DNA of 64,000 bases from an uncultured Chloroflexia bacterium (GTDB lineage: Bacteria; Chloroflexota; Limnocylindria; Limnocylindrales; CSP1-4): NCBI GenBank assembly GCA_963746845.1, contig CAVVCZ010000005.1:128001-192000 (forward strand), written 5' to 3'. This document shows positions 58,912 through 64,000 of this stretch, one piece after another (the first letter of the stretch is position 1; each line of letters opens with the position of its first letter). The notes below the pieces were generated by a model, which saw only the letters and a list, made by a program, of their open reading frames with translations, made no database searches and had not been told where the DNA came from. The position numbers and the translations under genes were made by a program.

Positions 58912-59540
58912 CGGAGCACCGCGCGGGCGGTCCGCAGAAGAATGGCCACATCGCCGCCGAGCGAGCGGTTCCGGAGATAGCCGGCATCCAGCTCGATCTT
59001 GCGCGGCAGGATCCGCTCCACGTACATCTGCTCGACGTCATCGCCGCCGAGCAATGCCTCCTCGTCGCGGTACGCGATCTGGGCGGGACCGGTGATCCCC
59101 GGCCGTGCGGTGAAGACGACGGCATGAAGCGGGCGGGTCAAGTCCACGAAGCGTGGATCCTCCGGGCGCGGCCCGACGAGGCTCATGTCACCCAGGATCA
59201 CGTTCCAGAGCTGCGGCAGCTCATCAAGCTTGGTATCGCGAAGGACGCGACCGACGCGCGTGACCCGTGGGTCGCCGCGAGCAGTGACCGCAGTCGCCGT
59301 GCCAGGGGGGGCCGGACGCATCGTGCGGAGCTTGACGACGGTGAAGGGTCGCCCACCCTCACCAACCCGAACCGCGCGGTAGAAGACGGGCCCACGGTCG
59401 CCGGAGACTCGCATTCCCACCGCGGCGGTCGCGATGACCGGCAGGGCGACGATCAGGGCCGGGACGGCGACGAAGAGATCGAGCGCCCGCTTCCAGGCCG
59501 GGAATCCCGCGGCGGGAAGGCGCTCGACGCCGCTCACCAT
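58908..59540 (-). CDS. Bacterial sugar transferase (PglC-like phosphoglycosyl transferase)
   Basis: KRALD, KLRTM, DELPQL.N...GDMSLVGPRP, RPGITG. Confidence 0.92.
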   Translation of the reverse strand: MVSGVERLPAAGFPAWKRALDLFVAVPALIVALPVIATAAVGMRVSGDRGPVFYRAVRVGEGGRPFTVVKLRTMRPAPPGTATAVTARGDPRVTRVGRVLRDTKLDELPQLWNVILGDMSLVGPRPEDPRFVDLTRPLHAVVFTARPGITGPAQIAYRDEEALLGGDDVEQMYVERILPRKIELDAGYLRNRSLGGDVAILLRTARAVLR

Positions 59541-59574
59541 CGGGTTGTCTGGTCGCTGCCGCCGGATCCTCCGC

Positions 59575-59865
59575 TCATGGCACCGTCTGCTCGGCAGGCG
59601 TCGCGGGGGTCACGGCCGGGCCGGCGGCGGTCTTCCGCTCCACGAACCTGGTGATCTGACCGATCGACTCCAGGTTCTCCGGAACCATTTCCTCGTCCTC
59701 GACGTGGAACCCGTACTCGGTCTCCAGGAAGACGATCACGTCCATCATCCCGGTCGAGTCGACGATCCCCGAGTCGATGAGCGACCGGTCGTCCTCGAGC
59801 GCGGCCGGATCGGTCACATAGAAGAACTCGGAGATGAACTCGCGGACGCGAGCAGCGACGGACAT
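59575..59865 (-). CDS. Acyl carrier protein
   Basis: SLIDSGIVDSTG phosphopantetheine Ser motif; PENLESI. Confidence 0.87.
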   Translation of the reverse strand: MSVAARVREFISEFFYVTDPAALEDDRSLIDSGIVDSTGMMDVIVFLETEYGFHVEDEEMVPENLESIGQITRFVERKTAAGPAVTPATPAEQTVP

Positions 59866-59866
59866 C

Positions 59867-61897
59867 TCAGGCGGACCGAAGGCCGACGAACGGGTCGGCT
59901 GGATCCGCGTCGGACCGATCGACGCAGGTGGTGTACTCGAGGTCATGGTCCCTCCGTGGACGCGCCCGGACGAGCCGCTCATGGAGCAGCCCCGTCGACA
60001 ACACGCCGACGATGGCCATGTTATCGGCATTGGAGGCCGGTCCGGTCAAGGAGGTGGCGAGGCACTTCCGCCAGAGGCGCTCGACCGCCGAAGCGTCGAA
60101 GATCCCGGCCGCGCCGACCGCCGCGGGGCTGACGATCTCCTCGATCCAGTCGGGCCGATCCGACGCCGTGAAGGAGCGGGCATCCGGCGCCCGGAATGGC
60201 TGTTTTGATCGCCGGATGACGTCGTCCGGGACGAGGCCGGCCGCCGCGCGCTTGAGGATGTGCTTCTCGTCAAGGCCTCGAACCTTGTAGGACGGCGGCA
60301 GGTCGTTGGCATACGCGACCACGTTGATGTCGAGGAACGGGAAGCGGCCTTCGACCGAGTGCGCCATCGCCATGCGATCGCCCTGCGACGAGAGCAGGTA
60401 GCCCGACAGCAGCGTTCGGATCTCGAGGTACTGGTCCTGCGCCAGCGAGGACCAACGCTCGAACGAGGGCGGCCGTGACGCCAGGAACCGGCCGACGACG
60501 TCGACATCCTGCGTGGCGCGTCGCAGCTCGGGCGAGAACATCCGCTGGAGCGCCGCCGTCGACTGCCACCGCGGGCGATGGCCGAAGCCGGGCTCGCGCC
60601 ACTGGGTTCGATCGCGCCCGAAGAACTCGCGGGCCATCGCGGCCTGGGCGACCGGGGATCGGGCCAGATATGGATACAGGCGCTCGAGCAGTCGCGGACG
60701 AATGGTCGACTCGGGCTGGCGTCCCCAGAAGCGGCGGACCTTTGCCTCCCGGAACAGGTCGTAGCCGGCGAACATCTCATCGGCGCCCTCACCGGTCAGG
60801 ACGACCTTGATCCCGATCTCGTGGACCAGGCGCGCCAGGATGAACATCGGCGCGGGCGCCGTGCGGAGGATCGGCCGCTCGGTGTGGGCGATCACGTCGG
60901 GGAAGACCTCCGCGATGTCTCTGCCGGTGATCCGGACCTCGTGGTGCGTGGTCTCGAGCTGGTCAGCGACCCTCCGCTGGAACACCGCTTCGTCGAACTC
61001 GGCGTCCTCGAACGACACGGAGAACGTGTTGAACGTCGTCCCGGTGGCACGCCGGGCGAGCGCCGCCACGAGCGAGCTGTCGAGGCCGCCCGAGAGGTAC
61101 GACCCGACCGGGACATCGGCCCGGAGCATCCGGACGCGGACCGCCTCCTCGAGGGTGGTCCGAACTCCTTCGACGGCCTCCTCCAGCGACGGAACCGGAC
61201 CGCTTCCGGGAGCCGGCTCAGGTGGCGACCAGTACGCATGGTCCTCCACACCGCTGGGTGAGATCCGACGGACGTGCCCGGGCTCCAGCTCCGTGATGCC
61301 GGTGAAGACGGTCTGGGGCGCAACCGGCGTCCAGAATGTGAACGTCTCGGCGACACCGATCGGGTCCAGCGCGCGCGGAATCGACGGGTCGCCGGCGAAG
61401 ATGGCCTTGATCTCGCTCGCGAACCACAGCCGGCCACGGTGGGCACAGAGATACAGGGGGCGGACCCCGAGCCGGTCACGAGCCAGGACGAGTGTCCGGT
61501 CGCGCGAGCTCCAGAGCGCAACCGCGAACTGGCCGTTGAAGCGAGCGAACGCGCGATCGCCCCACTCCTCGTAGGCGTGGACGACGACCTCGGTGTCGCT
61601 GGCAGTCCTGAATCGATGACCGCACGCGATGAGCTCCTCGCGAAGCTCGACGTAGTTGAAGAGCTCACCGTTGTAGACCAGCCAGAGCGTCCCATCTTCG
61701 TTCGTCATCGGCTGCTGGCCGGTGGCGAGGTCGATGATCGACAGGCGGGCTTGACCGATCGAGGCCCAGCGATCCAGGTAGAGCCCGAATTCGTCGGGAC
61801 CGCGGTGTCGGACCGCCGAGATCATCGCGGTCGCCTCGTCACGGGTCGGCGGCGGAGCGTCGTCGCCGAGACGGAGCACACCGGCGATGCCGCACAT
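59867..61897 (-). CDS. asnB: Asparagine synthase (glutamine-hydrolysing)-family amidotransferase
   Basis: MCGIAG, HRGPD, NGE, LSGGLDSS, GEGADE, SVEGRFPFLD. Confidence 0.92.
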   Translation of the reverse strand: MCGIAGVLRLGDDAPPPTRDEATAMISAVRHRGPDEFGLYLDRWASIGQARLSIIDLATGQQPMTNEDGTLWLVYNGELFNYVELREELIACGHRFRTASDTEVVVHAYEEWGDRAFARFNGQFAVALWSSRDRTLVLARDRLGVRPLYLCAHRGRLWFASEIKAIFAGDPSIPRALDPIGVAETFTFWTPVAPQTVFTGITELEPGHVRRISPSGVEDHAYWSPPEPAPGSGPVPSLEEAVEGVRTTLEEAVRVRMLRADVPVGSYLSGGLDSSLVAALARRATGTTFNTFSVSFEDAEFDEAVFQRRVADQLETTHHEVRITGRDIAEVFPDVIAHTERPILRTAPAPMFILARLVHEIGIKVVLTGEGADEMFAGYDLFREAKVRRFWGRQPESTIRPRLLERLYPYLARSPVAQAAMAREFFGRDRTQWREPGFGHRPRWQSTAALQRMFSPELRRATQDVDVVGRFLASRPPSFERWSSLAQDQYLEIRTLLSGYLLSSQGDRMAMAHSVEGRFPFLDINVVAYANDLPPSYKVRGLDEKHILKRAAAGLVPDDVIRRSKQPFRAPDARSFTASDRPDWIEEIVSPAAVGAAGIFDASAVERLWRKCLATSLTGPASNADNMAIVGVLSTGLLHERLVRARPRRDHDLEYTTCVDRSDADPADPFVGLRSA

Positions 61898-61898
61898 G

Positions 61899-62882
61899 TC
61901 AGTCGCCGGAGCCGTCGGTTGCGAGGAGCGGACGGGAGTGCAGGTAACGCGCGACGCGCCGCTTCGCGTCGATGTCCCGGTAGACCCGCTCGACCTGCTC
62001 GGTCGTGATCCCGAGGACGGGCGCCGCGTTTGCCGCAGTCACGTGGTGGTCGCGGGCCCAGATCGACAGGTCCATCTCCCGATAGGGCAAGCCGAAGTAG
62101 AACTCATCCTGGGTCTGAGTCATCGAGAACGTGTCGGTCGTCGGCTGACGCGCCAGGATCCCGGCCGGAAGCTCCAGAAACGCGGCAAGCGCGTACACCT
62201 GAGTCTTGAACAGGTGGGCGATCGGCTTGAAGTCCGCCGCGCCATCACCCTGCTTCACGAAGAAACCCTGGTCGTACTCGAGGAGGTTCGGTGTGCCCGC
62301 GACGGCGTAATTCAGCCGATCCGCGTGGTAGTACTCGACCATCGCCCGCACGCGCTGCTTGAAGTTCGTCGCCGCAACCAGCTGGAGGTAGGCGGCAGAC
62401 TGCATTCTTGACGCCTGGACGCGGCCTTCCGGATCGGCGACGGTGAGACGGGTCACGTTCAGTCGATCGCCTTCGAGGAGCGACGGCAGACTGAGCTTCG
62501 AGGTCCACCCCGGGCCGTATTCGGGGAAGACCGTGCGGATCGCCTCGGTCTGGCGCCGGTAGCAGCCGAGGGCATCCAGGGAAGGGCCGATGTCCTCGAC
62601 CACGACCTCGATCGCCAGTTGCTCGGCGAGGCCGCGCGCGAGCGCCGTCGACTCTCCCGCGGTGTCGCGCTCCGGCATGATGAGCCCGACGACCCGGCTC
62701 GGCCCGAGAGCCCGGACGCAGAGCGCCGCGACGACCGAGCTGTCGATCCCGCCCGAGATCCCGACCACGGCGCCGCGGCGGCGCAGGTCGCTGAGCACCT
62801 GTCGCCGAATCGAGTCCGCGATCTCGTCGGCGACCGGTCCCGGATCGATCGTCAGGACGTCGGCAGAGAACACCCGGCTCAC
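61899..62882 (-). CDS. nadE: NH3-dependent NAD+ synthetase-like protein (NadE paralog in glycan locus)
   Basis: GISGGIDSS, NFKQR.R, GTPN..E...GFFVKQGDG, PTTDT; start approximate. Confidence 0.83.
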   Translation of the reverse strand: MSRVFSADVLTIDPGPVADEIADSIRRQVLSDLRRRGAVVGISGGIDSSVVAALCVRALGPSRVVGLIMPERDTAGESTALARGLAEQLAIEVVVEDIGPSLDALGCYRRQTEAIRTVFPEYGPGWTSKLSLPSLLEGDRLNVTRLTVADPEGRVQASRMQSAAYLQLVAATNFKQRVRAMVEYYHADRLNYAVAGTPNLLEYDQGFFVKQGDGAADFKPIAHLFKTQVYALAAFLELPAGILARQPTTDTFSMTQTQDEFYFGLPYREMDLSIWARDHHVTAANAAPVLGITTEQVERVYRDIDAKRRVARYLHSRPLLATDGSGD

Positions 62883-62999
62883 TCCATCGATGCGCGCTGG
62901 CTGCCCGGTGACGACGGTCGGCCCGCGGGGACGAGCATGATACGGCGTGCTGATCCGCCCGTCCTTCGAGCCGCGGTGTCGGCCCGTACTGGAGGTTGC

Positions 63000-64000
63000 A
63001 TGGACGCGCCACTTCTTCATGACTGGGTGCTCGCCCATGCAGCCGCCCAACCGGGAGCACCGGCAATCGCCGCCGGGGGGACTCGACTCTCCTATGGCGA
63101 GCTCGCCGAACGCGCGCTGGGCCTCGCATCGGAGTTCGCATCGGTCGGGATCGGACGCGGCGATCGCGTGCTGCTCGCGCTCCCGAACCTGCCCGCGACG
63201 GTGGTCGCGGCGGTCGCGATCAGCCTCCGTGGCGCAGTCTCCGTGGAGGTGAGCCGCGAGTGGCGAGCCGAGCTCCTGTCGGAGGTCGTGGCACGGAGCG
63301 GCGTCCGCGCTGCGATCCTCTGGCATCGCGACGTGCCCACCTGGAGTGGGGCGCTGTCGACGCCCGCGCTCGCCGCGGCGGGAGTGGCGCTCGACGACCT
63401 GTGGCTCGTCGGGCCGGCTGGAGCGCCCGTCGACTCGACCGCCGGCGCGTTCGCGCGGCGCGTCCGATCGCTGCTCGAAGATGGCCAGCTCGATCCAGTC
63501 GGGGCTTCGCGGCCCCGGGACGCGGCGGAGGTGGCCACCCCGCCCGTCGATCCGGGAGATCCGGCCGTCATCCTCTTCACCTCGGGCAGCACCGGCCGGC
63601 CGCACGGGGTCGTGCAGACAGCGCGGAACATCGATGCCAACACACGGTCGATCGTCCAGTACCTGGAGCTGGGTCCGAGCGACCGGGCGATGCTGACACT
63701 GCCCCTCTCCTACTGCTATGGACGGAGCGTCCTGCAGACGCACCTGTTCGTCGGCGGGTCGATCGTCCTCGACAACCGGATGGCGTTTCCACGCCGCGTG
63801 CTGGAGGCGATCGGCGCGGAGCGATGCACGGGCTTCGCGGGCGTCCCGCTCACGTTCGAGCTGATCCGTCGCCAGGTCGACGTCTCGACGATCGACCGGA
63901 CAGCGCTCCGGTATGTCACGCAGGCCGGTGGCGCGATGGCGGCAGACACCATTTCCTGGGCCCGCGCGGCGTTCGCGCCGGCCCGACTCTTCGTCATGTA
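63000..64000 (+). CDS. Class I adenylate-forming (acyl-CoA/ACP ligase) enzyme, 3' truncated
   Basis: GGAGG RBS at 62991, ATG at 63000, open to the window end; FTSGSTGRPHG, LSYCYG, QAGG motifs. Confidence 0.85.
   Translation, partial: MDAPLLHDWVLAHAAAQPGAPAIAAGGTRLSYGELAERALGLASEFASVGIGRGDRVLLALPNLPATVVAAVAISLRGAVSVEVSREWRAELLSEVVARSGVRAAILWHRDVPTWSGALSTPALAAAGVALDDLWLVGPAGAPVDSTAGAFARRVRSLLEDGQLDPVGASRPRDAAEVATPPVDPGDPAVILFTSGSTGRPHGVVQTARNIDANTRSIVQYLELGPSDRAMLTLPLSYCYGRSVLQTHLFVGGSIVLDNRMAFPRRVLEAIGAERCTGFAGVPLTFELIRRQVDVSTIDRTALRYVTQAGGAMAADTISWARAAFAPARLFVM

Overview
High-GC (roughly 70%) bacterial chromosomal segment. Gene style suggests Chloroflexota, possibly Limnocylindria-like; this is an inference. 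It carries about 65 CDS and tRNA-Gly(CCC), with no CRISPR array, rRNA, integrase or transposase seen. Housekeeping genes include pyrR-pyrB-pyrC, lipB, xfp-ackA, an acs-like ligase, ltaE, kynA and a moaD-moaE fusion. Accessory modules are: (i) a NarL-type two-component system upstream of an operon for a ferredoxin/GltD-like Fe-S flavoprotein plus two mutually paralogous uncharacterised membrane proteins; (ii) a dsrE-tusA-dsrE-tusA-sqr-like sulfur-relay operon; (iii) two non-pyrrolysine MttB-family methyltransferases; (iv) an ECF sigma/anti-sigma pair; (v) a surface-glycan locus with an AMP-ligase/NadE/AsnB/ACP module. The most notable signal read directly from the DNA is a shared promoter architecture. 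Four promoters (Fe-S flavoprotein operon, sulfur-relay operon, and two small membrane-protein genes) have tandem DosR/OsdR-like boxes 22 nt and 44-46 nt upstream of a -10-like hexamer. This suggests a co-regulated, possibly hypoxia-induced sulfur/redox system. Other points of interest are a tandem double PyrR-binding hairpin that sequesters the pyrR SD, a GalT-like protein whose catalytic His is replaced by Cys, an orphan divergent KamD-like protein, and several broken genes, some of which may be sequencing errors.
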